Origin: a virus
Strand: one strand, 5' to 3'
UHGV virus genome: UHGV-0134350
DNA length: 31,759 nt
The translations under genes were made by a program, and so were the position numbers. The notes under the pieces were generated by a model that was not told the DNA's origin, searched no databases, and worked only from the letters and a program-made list of their open reading frames with translations. Shown in pieces: positions 8,398-17,707 of this stretch (position 1 is its first letter; every line of letters begins with the position of its first letter).

Positions 8398-9378
8398 TTA
8401 CTCACCAACAGCCCACCAACTGTAATTCATCGATACCGTGTCGCTGGTTGATGACGTTCTGTAAGCAGAATTAAAGCCGGTTAACGTTGGGCCTTCTGCA
8501 GTCATCACGAACCCTCGCCCAGCGCCTAAAGGCGCACCGCCATCACCAGAATGAGTAAGCATGGCGCAGTCCGCTTTTTTGGGGAAAGGGATGCTGAATG
8601 TAATTCTCATTGTTTGCGTCGATAATGTCGGCGTAACCGCACCACGACCATATTGCAGGATTTTCCCGTTGGGTAATTTCATCCATCCATCACCACTGGC
8701 AAAAGAGGTCATGTCCGGTATCTGATTTTCCCCTGTCCCCACATCCCGTTTTGCCGCTTCTCCCAAACCAAGGTTTTTAAGAACGTCGCCGGCCAGTCCC
8801 GCGTCAACCATTTCTTTCAGAGCATTAGCGATTAACGGGTACTGCTTGTGTGGATTGGCGGCCTCAACATGTTTTTTCATCAGGTCATCAGCATATCCTT
8901 TCACCTCGATAATCTTGCCGTCGACATACTGGCGCGTTGCCAGCACGACTGCCGGGTCGATTTTCAGGGTGATTGCCGATGTGCTCGACACAATCAGAAT
9001 CATGCGAATGGTCTGCGTGCGACCGCTTCCCTCCTGCAGTTGTGGCTTGTAGGTCTCCGGACAGTTCGCCACGGCAATCAGAATACCATCATCGTCATAG
9101 AGACCAATCTCGCGGATCCAGAAACCACCTTCATTCTCGGGAATAATCTGTTCCGCGATAATCTGACTGGTATTGGCCGGGTCAACGGTCAGCAGGTTCA
9201 GCGGCGCGATGCGTTTCTGGTTAATGAGCTTCGTCTGCGCCGTATCAGGGGTCGGCAACGTACCATTCGCATCACCGACGGCCATCTGCGTCAGGTTGAG
9301 TTTGGTACCGAGTGCCGCCGCGTTCGCCAGCCGCGCCGCGCCCTGATTGGTCAGAATGGCAAAATATTTTGCGGTCAT
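8398..9378 (-). CDS. H: tail fibre protein gpH (constant N-terminal part about 8771-9378, variable C-terminal part 8398-8770)
   Basis: N-terminus is P2 H-like (...GGFWIREIGLYDDDGILIAVAN...SGRTQTIRMILIVSS); the constant/variable junction LG|LGE lies on the crossover site. Confidence 0.9.
   Translation of the reverse strand: MTAKYFAILTNQGAARLANAAALGTKLNLTQMAVGDANGTLPTPDTAQTKLINQKRIAPLNLLTVDPANTSQIIAEQIIPENEGGFWIREIGLYDDDGILIAVANCPETYKPQLQEGSGRTQTIRMILIVSSTSAITLKIDPAVVLATRQYVDGKIIEVKGYADDLMKKHVEAANPHKQYPLIANALKEMVDAGLAGDVLKNLGLGEAAKRDVGTGENQIPDMTSFASGDGWMKLPNGKILQYGRGAVTPTLSTQTMRITFSIPFPKKADCAMLTHSGDGGAPLGAGRGFVMTAEGPTLTGFNSAYRTSSTSDTVSMNYSWWAVGE
8758..8783. repeat. right 26-bp hix/gix-like inversion crossover site (inside H)
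   Basis: Coding orientation TTCTTAAAAACC-TT-GGTTTGGGAGAA; both half-sites match the invertase half-site pattern TTCTnnnAAACC. Confidence 0.7.
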
Positions 9379-9983
9379 GCGTTCACTCTCAGGTTATCAA
9401 TCAAATGGATGGCCGAGGCCGGGTAATATTCACCGCCGACGACAATCTCCTCGGGGGTGTAGGGGTAAACAGTCAGCGCGTCGCCGTGATAGCATCCCGC
9501 GCCGACATACAGTTCGCCGGTCGAGCTCAGACTGATAGCCAGCCCGGTCAGGTGGCGACTTGCCGGTTTGGCGTCTTCAATCAGGCGCTCAAGCTCCTGA
9601 TACATTTCGTCAGTAATGCCGCTATCGAGCACGCCGACAACGAGGCGGAATGTGCCTGGCTCCTCGTTGAGCTGCCACCACTCGCGCACTTCAATCAGAA
9701 AGCCGAGCGGCTCAACCACCCGACGCAATGCGCTGATGGTGCCTTTGTGCTGATGGACGAAAAACGAGGACGCGCAGACGCTACGCTTTGTCGCCTCCGG
9801 CCATTTCTCATCCCACCTGTCGACCGACAGCGCCCAGGCCAGATACGGCAGCAGTTTTACCGGGCAGGTGCGCCAGTTCCACAGAGTGCGCAGCGGTACC
9901 GGCACACGCTGAATCTCAGAGAGCGCGGCAGCGGCGGCAACCTCCAGCGGCGACGAGCCAACGGGTAATAGCCGGTCACTCAT
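9375..9983 (-). CDS. I: baseplate assembly protein gpI
   Basis: 202-aa ORF, P2 gpI-like, between J and H. Confidence 0.9.
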   Translation of the reverse strand: MSDRLLPVGSSPLEVAAAAALSEIQRVPVPLRTLWNWRTCPVKLLPYLAWALSVDRWDEKWPEATKRSVCASSFFVHQHKGTISALRRVVEPLGFLIEVREWWQLNEEPGTFRLVVGVLDSGITDEMYQELERLIEDAKPASRHLTGLAISLSSTGELYVGAGCYHGDALTVYPYTPEEIVVGGEYYPASAIHLIDNLRVNA

Positions 9984-10884
9984 CCGAGCCCCCGATAGTT
10001 ATCTGGTACTCAGTACAATTCGACGCCTGCGACTTACTCAGCACAATGTCGGCCTGCGGTGATGCCAGTTCGACACGCTGCACCCCCTCAACATGCAGCG
10101 CCGCGTAAATGGCCGACAGACGGATATCACGCCCGAGGCGGTGCTGCGCGCTGATGTAACTCTGCAGCTTTTGTTCTGATGCCTGCCTGATGGGCTCAGA
10201 CTCGGGGCCGGGGTAAACGTAGAGCGTCGCGTCAATCTGGTACGGCACAATCTCGGCTGACTGGACGGTCACCCGGTCAGCCACCGGGCGCACATCTTCG
10301 GCATTCAGCGCTTTATCAACAATCGCCAGTAAATCAGGGCTGGCGGTGCCGTCGCCCTCACGTGATAGCACAGTAATCGTCACGCAGGCTGGCGACGGAC
10401 TGGCGACCGAAACGTCAGCGACCCGCCCGTCGGCACTGCGACCATGATACTCATATGCTCCGACCGGCCCCGCCACACTCAAGCCCTCAAACGCTTGTTG
10501 CGTGCGCAGTCGCAGGTCAGTATCTGATTCCATAACGGCAGGCGTCGGCGGGATGGTAGTGTCATCCGCCGGGGTGATGGTCAGGCGCTCGGTATTGTTG
10601 TTCCCGGCCACGACGTCGAGATCGTTACCGGCAGAATAGGCCAGCGTTACCGCCTGCGCGGCTTCGTTCACCCGCTGACGCCAGATAATTTCACGGTAGG
10701 CGTTTTCCTGCAGCAGCTTAACAATCGGCTCTGACTCAAGTGCGAGCGTCCGGGCAATGGCCTCCTGCTGGTCTTCGGGATAGAGCGAAATCAGTATCGC
10801 TTTGCGTTCCGCAAGGATGGTTTCATAGTCCAGTTCCTCAACTACATCGGGAACGGGTAACTGACTCAGGTCAACGGTTGCCAT
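9976..10884 (-). CDS. J: baseplate assembly protein gpJ
   Basis: 302-aa ORF, P2 gpJ-like; synteny W-J-I. Confidence 0.9.
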   Translation of the reverse strand: MATVDLSQLPVPDVVEELDYETILAERKAILISLYPEDQQEAIARTLALESEPIVKLLQENAYREIIWRQRVNEAAQAVTLAYSAGNDLDVVAGNNNTERLTITPADDTTIPPTPAVMESDTDLRLRTQQAFEGLSVAGPVGAYEYHGRSADGRVADVSVASPSPACVTITVLSREGDGTASPDLLAIVDKALNAEDVRPVADRVTVQSAEIVPYQIDATLYVYPGPESEPIRQASEQKLQSYISAQHRLGRDIRLSAIYAALHVEGVQRVELASPQADIVLSKSQASNCTEYQITIGGSDE

Positions 10885-10890
10885 AGTGAT

Positions 10891-11238
10891 TTAACTCAGT
10901 GAAACAGTGGTTGAAACTGACGCACCGGTATCGGTACGCATCCCGGTAATATCGACATACATTTCGCCAGCGTCGCCGGTCTCAAAGCTGATGGCGGTAA
11001 GCCTGATGCGCGGTTCCCACTTCTGGATAGCCGAATAGCACGCCACCATAATTTGCAGCCTGAGCGCCGGGTTTTGCGGCATATCAATCAGCGCCGACAG
11101 AAGCGAGCCATATTCTCGACGCATTACCCGCGAACCGACCGGCGTCAGCAGAATATCGCGCATGCTCTGGCTGATATGCTCGGTATCGCTGATGCCGAGG
11201 CCGGTATTTCGGTTCATACCCTGATAGCGCGCCGTCAT
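10891..11238 (-). CDS. W: baseplate protein gpW (GPW/gp25 family)
   Basis: 115-aa ORF, conserved position and size. Confidence 0.9.
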   Translation of the reverse strand: MTARYQGMNRNTGLGISDTEHISQSMRDILLTPVGSRVMRREYGSLLSALIDMPQNPALRLQIMVACYSAIQKWEPRIRLTAISFETGDAGEMYVDITGMRTDTGASVSTTVSLS

Positions 11239-11870
11239 AACGGTGTCCCCGTTTGCCCGCCGCTGTCCCCCGGGTGTTTATGGGTGTGGAGTACCTTGCC
11301 ATTAGACGACAGTGACCCGCCGGTATGTTCGATATTGCCGCTCATCTTGCCGCCTTTTTGTACCTCAAGCGTCGCTGTCGTCAGCTTATTGGTGCAAATC
11401 ACCTCCGGGGTGTCGAGGGTGATACTGGTCGAGGCTTTCACCAGTACCAGCGGTACGGTTGCAGTGATGGACTCCGATGCCGTCACGTCGGCCGTTTTGA
11501 TACCGCTGACCGTCAGCGCGCCGGTCTCGGGCTCGTACTCAATGACCGCACCATCAGGGAAAGCCACATGCCACGCATCCGCCGAGGCAGACGGGGCGGG
11601 GTTATCGTCGGAGAAAATACCCGGCAGCACGAAAGCGGTATCAAGCTCGCCACCGATTGCCAGCAGCAGAACCTGCTCACCGACCGAGGGAGCCCACCAC
11701 GTCCGCGAACGACCGGCGCGGGTGGTCAGCCAGTTCAGCCATGTAGTCTGGATCCCGCCGCTTTGTACGCGGCACAGCCCCTGCACGGTATCAACCTCAG
11801 TCACCACACCTGAGCGGATGAGGTTGCGAATCGCACGCGCGAGCTCCTGTATCGTGGATAACGTATTCAT
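11235..11870 (-). CDS. V: baseplate spike/assembly protein gpV
   Basis: 211-aa ORF, P2 gpV-like; stop overlaps the W start. Confidence 0.9.
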   Translation of the reverse strand: MNTLSTIQELARAIRNLIRSGVVTEVDTVQGLCRVQSGGIQTTWLNWLTTRAGRSRTWWAPSVGEQVLLLAIGGELDTAFVLPGIFSDDNPAPSASADAWHVAFPDGAVIEYEPETGALTVSGIKTADVTASESITATVPLVLVKASTSITLDTPEVICTNKLTTATLEVQKGGKMSGNIEHTGGSLSSNGKVLHTHKHPGDSGGQTGTPL

Positions 11871-11938
11871 AGTGCAAGGATGCCTCTGGTCTGGAGTCGC
11901 GCCAATTCGCGCGGCTCCGGTGGTGGTTCACACAATAT

Positions 11939-12388
11939 TTATTTGCCGAGATGCCTGATAATGACGTCTTCAATCGTCTGCTCATCGTCGCGGGTGAAAC
12001 CGAGTAACGGGCGCGCCTCGTACTGCACATCCCGGCTGTTGCGGTTTGGTCTGTCTTTGAGCCCGTACTGATGCACCCGCGCCATGCGCTGCACCTTGCC
12101 GGTAAACTCCACCACCGCCGCACTGTCGCTGCCTTTGGCTTTCATAAAGCGACTGGTGCGCAGTTTGGCGAACATTTCACGTTTAATCCGACCTTTCTTG
12201 CTCCTCACCGGCTGGCGCTTTCGTGCCGCATACGGGGTGCCGTCTGGTGCCTGCTGGCGCTTGATACGCTGTTGCTGACTGGTACGCAGCTTTTTCGCAA
12301 TCTCAGCCGCCATTTGCCGACGCGCCGCCGGTGACAGGCTGGCAATCAGACCGGCAAGGCGTTCCTGCAGTGCGGTTAACTCACTCAT
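11939..12388 (-). CDS. S: tail completion protein gpS
   Basis: 149-aa ORF, P2 S-like, upstream of V. Confidence 0.85.
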   Translation of the reverse strand: MSELTALQERLAGLIASLSPAARRQMAAEIAKKLRTSQQQRIKRQQAPDGTPYAARKRQPVRSKKGRIKREMFAKLRTSRFMKAKGSDSAAVVEFTGKVQRMARVHQYGLKDRPNRNSRDVQYEARPLLGFTRDDEQTIEDVIIRHLGK

Positions 12389-12857
12389 CCCACTTACTCA
12401 CCAGTTCGCCGTTAACGTACAGCTCGACCGGGCGCGTCACCGGCTCAGGCAGCGGCGGCTCAGGGGCATAGCTGACATGCAGCGCGCCGTCGACCTCTTT
12501 GACGAGCGTGCGCTCGGTGAGCCTCAGGCTGATACTGATATCGAGCGAATCGTCGTTATTGATATCAATAATCCAGGTGAATCCTTTTTCCCGCCCGTCG
12601 TCGGTGGTCATAATGTCCGGCTGATGTTCACGCAGCCACGCCTGCACCGGCACGAATATCAAATCAAGGTCACCGGTGAAGTCGGTCACCACCACGTTAA
12701 GCACGTACACCTTTTCAAACGACAGCGAGCTCGCCAGTCTGGAATCGGTATGGCCGTTGTCGGCAAAAAGGCGCAGCATATCGGGGTTGTTTCGGAGCTG
12801 CGGCACGGCGTTAATCAGCGCTTTGCGCAGGCTTTTGTGCTTCTGCATCGAGTTCAT
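12381..12857 (-). CDS. R: tail completion protein gpR
   Basis: 158-aa ORF, P2 R-like (...SLSFEKVYVLNVVVTDFTGDLDLIFVPVQAWLREHQPDIMTTDDG...). Confidence 0.85.
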   Translation of the reverse strand: MNSMQKHKSLRKALINAVPQLRNNPDMLRLFADNGHTDSRLASSLSFEKVYVLNVVVTDFTGDLDLIFVPVQAWLREHQPDIMTTDDGREKGFTWIIDINNDDSLDISISLRLTERTLVKEVDGALHVSYAPEPPLPEPVTRPVELYVNGELVSKWDE

Positions 12858-13101
12858 CCTGACAGTGTTTGACGGTTTTGACCTGTAGCGCGCAGGCGAT
12901 CAGCGCGCCCTCAAGGCGGCGGATATCTGCGCTCAGGTCACCATTGGTTTTCGGGTCACTTCCCGGCATCGGGCAAAGGCTCACTCTCGGGCATCCGTTG
13001 ACCACAATCACCGGCGCTGGCGCAGGCGGTGCGGATGTGCAACCGACGCACAACATCAGGTAAAGCAGCGTTATACCAGCGGCGAAAGGCTTCATTTTCA
13101 T
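12811..13101 (-). CDS. lysC: LysC (Rz1-like outer-membrane spanin lipoprotein), embedded across lysB/R
   Basis: 96-aa ORF with lipoprotein-type signal peptide and lipobox (LLYLMLCVGC) and a Pro-rich segment, overlapping lysB in another frame as in P2. Confidence 0.6.
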   Translation of the reverse strand: MKMKPFAAGITLLYLMLCVGCTSAPPAPAPVIVVNGCPRVSLCPMPGSDPKTNGDLSADIRRLEGALIACALQVKTVKHCQDELDAEAQKPAQSAD

Positions 13102-13369
13102 TAAGTAACCTCGTTATTGATTGCTCGCGGCGGCTGGCTTCCTCGCTGGCCTTTGCGAGCTGTTCACGCAGTGCCACCTGCGCAGATTCATTACGTCTGG
13201 CAAGCTGACCGGCAACACTGAGCTGATTTTTCAGCATGCCAATCGTCGTCTTTTGTTCGCTCGCGACGCGGTTTGCTGTCTCAAAGGAGCGGGATAAATT
13301 GCTGTTCTCATGGCGCAACCACAACATCCCGAGCACAGTCAGCACCAGAAGTGTAATCAGGATTTTCAT
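12956..13369 (-). CDS. lysB: LysB (Rz-like inner-membrane spanin)
   Basis: N-terminal TM helix (MKILITLLVLTVLGMLWL) followed by coiled coil; start at internal ATG that overlaps the K stop (ATGA). Confidence 0.75.
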   Translation of the reverse strand: MKILITLLVLTVLGMLWLRHENSNLSRSFETANRVASEQKTTIGMLKNQLSVAGQLARRNESAQVALREQLAKASEEASRREQSITRLLNENEAFRRWYNAALPDVVRRLHIRTACASAGDCGQRMPESEPLPDAGK

Positions 13370-13863
13370 TCCATTACCCCGCCAGCGGTGCGCCATACGG
13401 TGACCAGTTTGTCGAGGCTGTGCTCACGTTGGCCGTAACCGGCACCCGGTAACGACGCCCAGATATTGCGGCACCGTGAAATTGCCCGCTCAATACGCCC
13501 CGCCTTAATATCCTCAATGGCACCGCGTTCGCGGATTAACTGAATCGCAAGTTTGTCCTGCGACAACGGGCTGAAATCAGGCAATGCGAGTTGTTTCTGA
13601 TAATGCGGCCAGTAGAGATAAAGCTGCTGGTAACGCCCTGATGCCGTGGATTTTTCGCCGCGTCGATTAAACACTTTCGCTGGTCTGCCATGTGCGAAAG
13701 GGTGGTCGGTGTAGTCGGTGAAAATTTCCGGCTTGCCATCAAGGCCAGTGACAATGACGTCGTAACCACGATTTTTCGTCAGCGGATGCGTCGCCGTCCC
13801 TTCGGAATAGGCCAGCATGTCCAGAAATGCGGCGATATTCTGGTGAGTATTAATGATCGGCAT
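13366..13863 (-). CDS. K: endolysin gpK
   Basis: P2 K-like sequence beginning MPIINTHQNIAAFLDMLAYSEGT; the track ORF extends further upstream in frame. Confidence 0.9.
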   Translation of the reverse strand: MPIINTHQNIAAFLDMLAYSEGTATHPLTKNRGYDVIVTGLDGKPEIFTDYTDHPFAHGRPAKVFNRRGEKSTASGRYQQLYLYWPHYQKQLALPDFSPLSQDKLAIQLIRERGAIEDIKAGRIERAISRCRNIWASLPGAGYGQREHSLDKLVTVWRTAGGVME

Positions 13864-14146
13864 CGCTATCCCCCTGTTGTGACTTAAAGCGGCGCTGAAT
13901 GGCGATTTCCACCACCTGATAACCTGCAATGCCGAGCATGGATCCAATCCCACAAACGGCAGGCAGTGACATATCTGGAAACTGCACCAGAACAACACCG
14001 GCGACCATTGAAACAAAACCGCCGAGCAGCATGCGGCCGATAAACAGGCGCGGGGTAATGGGCTCACCACCCGCCAGCACTTTTCCGACAACAATCATCA
14101 CGCCAATCACAAACAGTGACAGGACGCCTTTTTCCCCTTCTGTCAT
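13850..14146 (-). CDS. Y: holin gpY
   Basis: 98-aa ORF with hydrophobic helices and a charged C-terminus, immediately upstream of K. Confidence 0.85.
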   Translation of the reverse strand: MTEGEKGVLSLFVIGVMIVVGKVLAGGEPITPRLFIGRMLLGGFVSMVAGVVLVQFPDMSLPAVCGIGSMLGIAGYQVVEIAIQRRFKSQQGDSDADH

Positions 14147-14149
14147 GGT

Positions 14150-14353
14150 TTACTCCCAAAGGTTGATAGTTTCTGTTACGGGTGACGATGCCACGTCGGG
14201 CAGGTCAATCGCCGTGCCATGCGGCAGAATGACGCCCAGCTCAGACAGACCGGGATTAGCCTGCAGCACCGTCTCGACCACGCCCTCAGTGCGCCCGTAA
14301 TACCGGGCGCAAAGCGCGTCGAGGGTGTCACCCTGCATCGCGTAGACTTTCAT
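14150..14353 (-). CDS. X: tail protein gpX
   Basis: Small ORF starting MKVYAMQGDTLDALCARYYG at an ATG that overlaps the L stop. Confidence 0.8.
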   Translation of the reverse strand: MKVYAMQGDTLDALCARYYGRTEGVVETVLQANPGLSELGVILPHGTAIDLPDVASSPVTETINLWE

Positions 14354-14862
14354 CAGAGCTGACCCACGATGCAGCGCGGCTTGTCCTGCAGACGCGAGAC
14401 CGACCAGCGCATATCCCGCCACAGGTCATCAATGGTGGTTTCGACGCTGTCGGCTTTTTTGTCACCCTTACCCGTGGCCTCAACCCCGCGATAACGCTCA
14501 TACAGGGTGGCGGTCGCCATCGCCGTCACGGCGCTGAGGTAGTGGAAAACGCGCACATTCTCGCCGTCGATTTCCTCGGCGTCAGGCACGTCGGCCAGTG
14601 TCTTAAACCCTGCGGCAATCTGGCGCAGCCGGTAGTCGTAAAGCTCCGCATTGGTTTCCGCCATGCCGGTCTTGATGGCGTTGCGCAGGCGCGCATCGGA
14701 AACCGTCTGCTCAAGGCGCATCAGTTCGCGCACCCGCTTCGGATCCACATCAGGGAAAAAGAACGTGTTTTTAATCACTGCGTCGCCCGTCTCCGGTGCG
14801 GGAATCACCACGCCCGGTACGTCCTGCGGTTCGTCGGGCTGATTCAGTATTACTGTCGTCAT
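14353..14862 (-). CDS. L: capsid completion protein gpL
   Basis: 169-aa ORF, P2 L-like. Confidence 0.9.
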   Translation of the reverse strand: MTTVILNQPDEPQDVPGVVIPAPETGDAVIKNTFFFPDVDPKRVRELMRLEQTVSDARLRNAIKTGMAETNAELYDYRLRQIAAGFKTLADVPDAEEIDGENVRVFHYLSAVTAMATATLYERYRGVEATGKGDKKADSVETTIDDLWRDMRWSVSRLQDKPRCIVGQL

Positions 14863-14955
14863 GACAACCTCATTAGGTTGGGCGGTGGACGCCGGTCGCC
14901 GTCAGGGTCAAAACCTGCTTTGACCGGCGTGCCGCCCGGCTCGGGGAGCGTTCAG

Positions 14956-15705
14956 TTAACCGGCGGTTTTTACCGCCTTTGGTGGACGCCCGCGCTTTGC
15001 CGCCGGTTTGTTGGCAGGTTTGCGCGTGCGCGGTTTAGTCGTTTTACGGGGCGCGGCCTCTGGCTTTGGCTTCAATGCCCGTTCCAGTCGCTCAATCTCC
15101 TTGCGCACACCGGCATTGCGGTCGAGCTGCATCGCGCGCTGAAACTGCGCCAGCGCCTCTGCATTCATACCGGCATCACGCAGGGTCAGGCCTGTCACCT
15201 TATGCAGACGGGCGCGCACCATATCGGGAACGTCAGCGCCGTCGGTCAGGTCGATAGTGGTCTGCAGCCAGGAAAGGTCGACAGACTCACCGGCATCGCG
15301 CAGGCGCTGTGCAGCAAGCGCCACTTCCTCAACCAGCATGTAAGGTGTTGTGCGGTGGTGGTCAGAGGTGAGGCCGTATTTCAGCGCGTACGGGGCAATT
15401 TCCAGCGCGCCAGCGATATCACCGGCATCGAGACGCCACAGCATGACGGTCATGACAATGTCATCCTGCGCACCACGGCCATCAGCCAGCACACCGGCGA
15501 CCCACGGCGCATAGAACGGCAGCAGCTCGCGCTTTTTCTCGGCTTTACGTTCGTTTGAACGGATGTTTTTTAACGTGCGGCGGTCATCGGCCAGCTTAAC
15601 CAGCATCTGCTCGTAGGCAGTGGCATGCCGCAGCGGGTTGTTTTCCCGCTGCGCGGTTTCAATGGCCGAGACCCGCATCATGTGACGCTGTGCGGGGCTC
15701 GTCAT
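14956..15705 (-). CDS. M: terminase endonuclease (small) subunit gpM
   Basis: 249-aa ORF beginning MTSPAQRHMMRVSA with basic C-terminal tail, P2 M-like. Confidence 0.9.
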   Translation of the reverse strand: MTSPAQRHMMRVSAIETAQRENNPLRHATAYEQMLVKLADDRRTLKNIRSNERKAEKKRELLPFYAPWVAGVLADGRGAQDDIVMTVMLWRLDAGDIAGALEIAPYALKYGLTSDHHRTTPYMLVEEVALAAQRLRDAGESVDLSWLQTTIDLTDGADVPDMVRARLHKVTGLTLRDAGMNAEALAQFQRAMQLDRNAGVRKEIERLERALKPKPEAAPRKTTKPRTRKPANKPAAKRGRPPKAVKTAG

Positions 15706-15708
15706 GGT

Positions 15709-16776
15709 TTAGGCTCCGCTTTCCGGTGCTGCAGGTGCGGTGAAATCGCCCAGGGTGATGTTTTCCAGCAGGCACCCGGCGGCATACGCCTCGACCACAT
15801 AGTCGATATTCATCGACTCGTAGTTTTCAACGCGGTCTTTTTTCGGGTTTTCATCAATGCTGCGGCGGTGGCTCTCATCCATGAAATAGATAGAGAGGTT
15901 TTCCAGCGTGGTCACTAACACGGCATTCGCCGGGAAGTACGGCACACGCACAGCAGGCAGGTTGCCGATTCGCTTCTGGCTGATGATGATATCTGCCGCA
16001 AGCGCCTCGCTGTTTTCCTGCGGCTTGTTCACCAGCGGGAAATATTTGTCGGCTAGCAGCTTACGGCCAACGATGGCAACGAGTTTCGGGTCATCCTGAT
16101 AAACCTCGTCAATCAGGTTGTTGGTGGCGTCCATCACCAGCGCGTCGAGGTTCTCATAGTCGCCATTTCGACCTACACGAATCACTGCTGAAACGACCTT
16201 ACCGTCAGCGTCGGTGATGTTGCTCATCACGCGCGTCGGGGCTTCATTGCGGTATTTCTGCAGCCAGCCGACGGCCACATCCTGCAGCATCGGATTTTTG
16301 GTGCGGTCAGAGGTGGCGGCGCGGGTGGTACCGTTAAAACCGGCCATGATGAAATCCAGTGCCTGACGTTTGACAATGGCGTCGCGGATGCGGCGCTGGA
16401 AGTCCTGAAAACGCGCCCACAGGTCGAGGGTTTTATATTTCAGATGGAAGTCAAAATTAATTTGGTCGCACTCGTACTTGTTGGACTCAAGCGCGGTGAA
16501 GTCGGCGGTCTTACGCTCATCATCGCCCGAGGTGTCGGTCGTGCTGGCGATAGTACCGGTCACACCGACGCCGATTTTCTCACCCTTCATTTCTGCGACC
16601 GGCAGAATATTAATCGTCTGCAGAAACGCGGATGACTCCTGCACTTTGTTCATCAGTGTTTGCGTGACGGACGGCTCGACGGTGAATTTTTTACTGACGT
16701 CATCAGTGCTGATGCCGTTCAGCTCAGCGACGCGGGTCAGATAGGCATTGAACTTAAAACGGGTATCCGGGCGCAT
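15709..16776 (-). CDS. N: major capsid protein gpN
   Basis: 355-aa ORF beginning MRPDTRFKFNAYLTRVAELNGI, P2 N-like. Confidence 0.9.
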   Translation of the reverse strand: MRPDTRFKFNAYLTRVAELNGISTDDVSKKFTVEPSVTQTLMNKVQESSAFLQTINILPVAEMKGEKIGVGVTGTIASTTDTSGDDERKTADFTALESNKYECDQINFDFHLKYKTLDLWARFQDFQRRIRDAIVKRQALDFIMAGFNGTTRAATSDRTKNPMLQDVAVGWLQKYRNEAPTRVMSNITDADGKVVSAVIRVGRNGDYENLDALVMDATNNLIDEVYQDDPKLVAIVGRKLLADKYFPLVNKPQENSEALAADIIISQKRIGNLPAVRVPYFPANAVLVTTLENLSIYFMDESHRRSIDENPKKDRVENYESMNIDYVVEAYAAGCLLENITLGDFTAPAAPESGA

Positions 16777-16852
16777 AGTATTTCCTGTTTGAATTTATCG
16801 GTTAGTCACTGCATCGGGCGGGGATGCCGCCCGGTTTCTGGTCTGCGGTTTA

Positions 16853-17707
16853 TCAGCAGTCGGTCAGCAGCTCATCGCCACCACCGCCGCTGGCTTTCGT
16901 GCGTCGCGGCTGGCTGAAACTTTCGGTTTTATCGAGGGTGGTTTTCAGGTCGGAAAATGCCTGGCTGGTTTCTTCAACCTTGCCGGTCAGTTCCTGTTTG
17001 AAAGTGGCAAACGCGGTTTCCATAGCGGAAAGGCGCTCGTCCTGTTTTGTCAGGTTGGTTTGCACATGTTCGCTGACGGTGGTCACCGCTTCATGCACAT
17101 CATTCAGGCGCGCATCGTCGCTGACCTGCTTACGGCTGAAAATGGCTTTCACCTTATCGGCCAGGCTGTTGAGCACCGTGTCGGGAACGTCTTCAAACTC
17201 CAGCTCGGCCAGAGTGGCAGCGGAAAAGACGTTTTCAGGGTTGGCCTTAAAGCGCTGCAGCGGGTTGTGCTTCGCGTTGCGGCAGAATTCGAGGTATTCA
17301 GTGCCGAGGCTCGCCGGGTCATCGGTGACAGCAAGGCCGACGAGGTAGCATTTGCCGGTATTGGCAAAATTCGGCTGAATTTCCATTGAGGTGTAGACCT
17401 TCTGCAATTTTTTATTCATCGCAATCAGGTCGTCGGTTGGGGTGATTCTGGCGAACAGCGCCCATTTGCCGTTAAGCGCAGAATCGTCGTCAATTATTTC
17501 AGCTTTCAGTTCAACCACATCGCCTAAGCGTTTGAAGTCGCCATCAGGAAAGAGACCGCGAATATGCTCAAGGTTAATGCGGCAACCGTAGACGCGAGGG
17601 TCAAACGATTCGGCCATTTCCTGAATATCGTTGCCGCTGATAATGCGGCCGTCGCAGGTGTCACCCTCGACGCCGATGCGAAAGAATTTTGAGACTTTTT
17701 TTGCCAT
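16853..17707 (-). CDS. O: capsid scaffolding protein gpO
   Basis: 284-aa ORF, P2 O-like, divergent from P. Confidence 0.9.
   Translation of the reverse strand: MAKKVSKFFRIGVEGDTCDGRIISGNDIQEMAESFDPRVYGCRINLEHIRGLFPDGDFKRLGDVVELKAEIIDDDSALNGKWALFARITPTDDLIAMNKKLQKVYTSMEIQPNFANTGKCYLVGLAVTDDPASLGTEYLEFCRNAKHNPLQRFKANPENVFSAATLAELEFEDVPDTVLNSLADKVKAIFSRKQVSDDARLNDVHEAVTTVSEHVQTNLTKQDERLSAMETAFATFKQELTGKVEETSQAFSDLKTTLDKTESFSQPRRTKASGGGGDELLTDC

Larger units (their letters stand above)
6823..8770. other. invertible tail-fibre segment (Mu G / P1 C / e14 P-like)
   Basis: Bounded by inverted 26-bp sites; holds two oppositely oriented sets of tail-fibre C-terminal exon plus tail-fibre assembly gene. 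Confidence 0.7.

Noticed and set aside
8848-9968. Plus-strand ORFs of 192 and 218 aa overlapping H and I
   Set aside because: Antisense to conserved tail-fibre and baseplate genes; Arg-rich junk-like translation
14542-15558. 338-aa plus-strand ORF
   Set aside because: Lies antisense across the well-supported L and M genes; long open frames on the opposite strand are expected in GC-rich coding DNA; no RBS and no recognisable protein features
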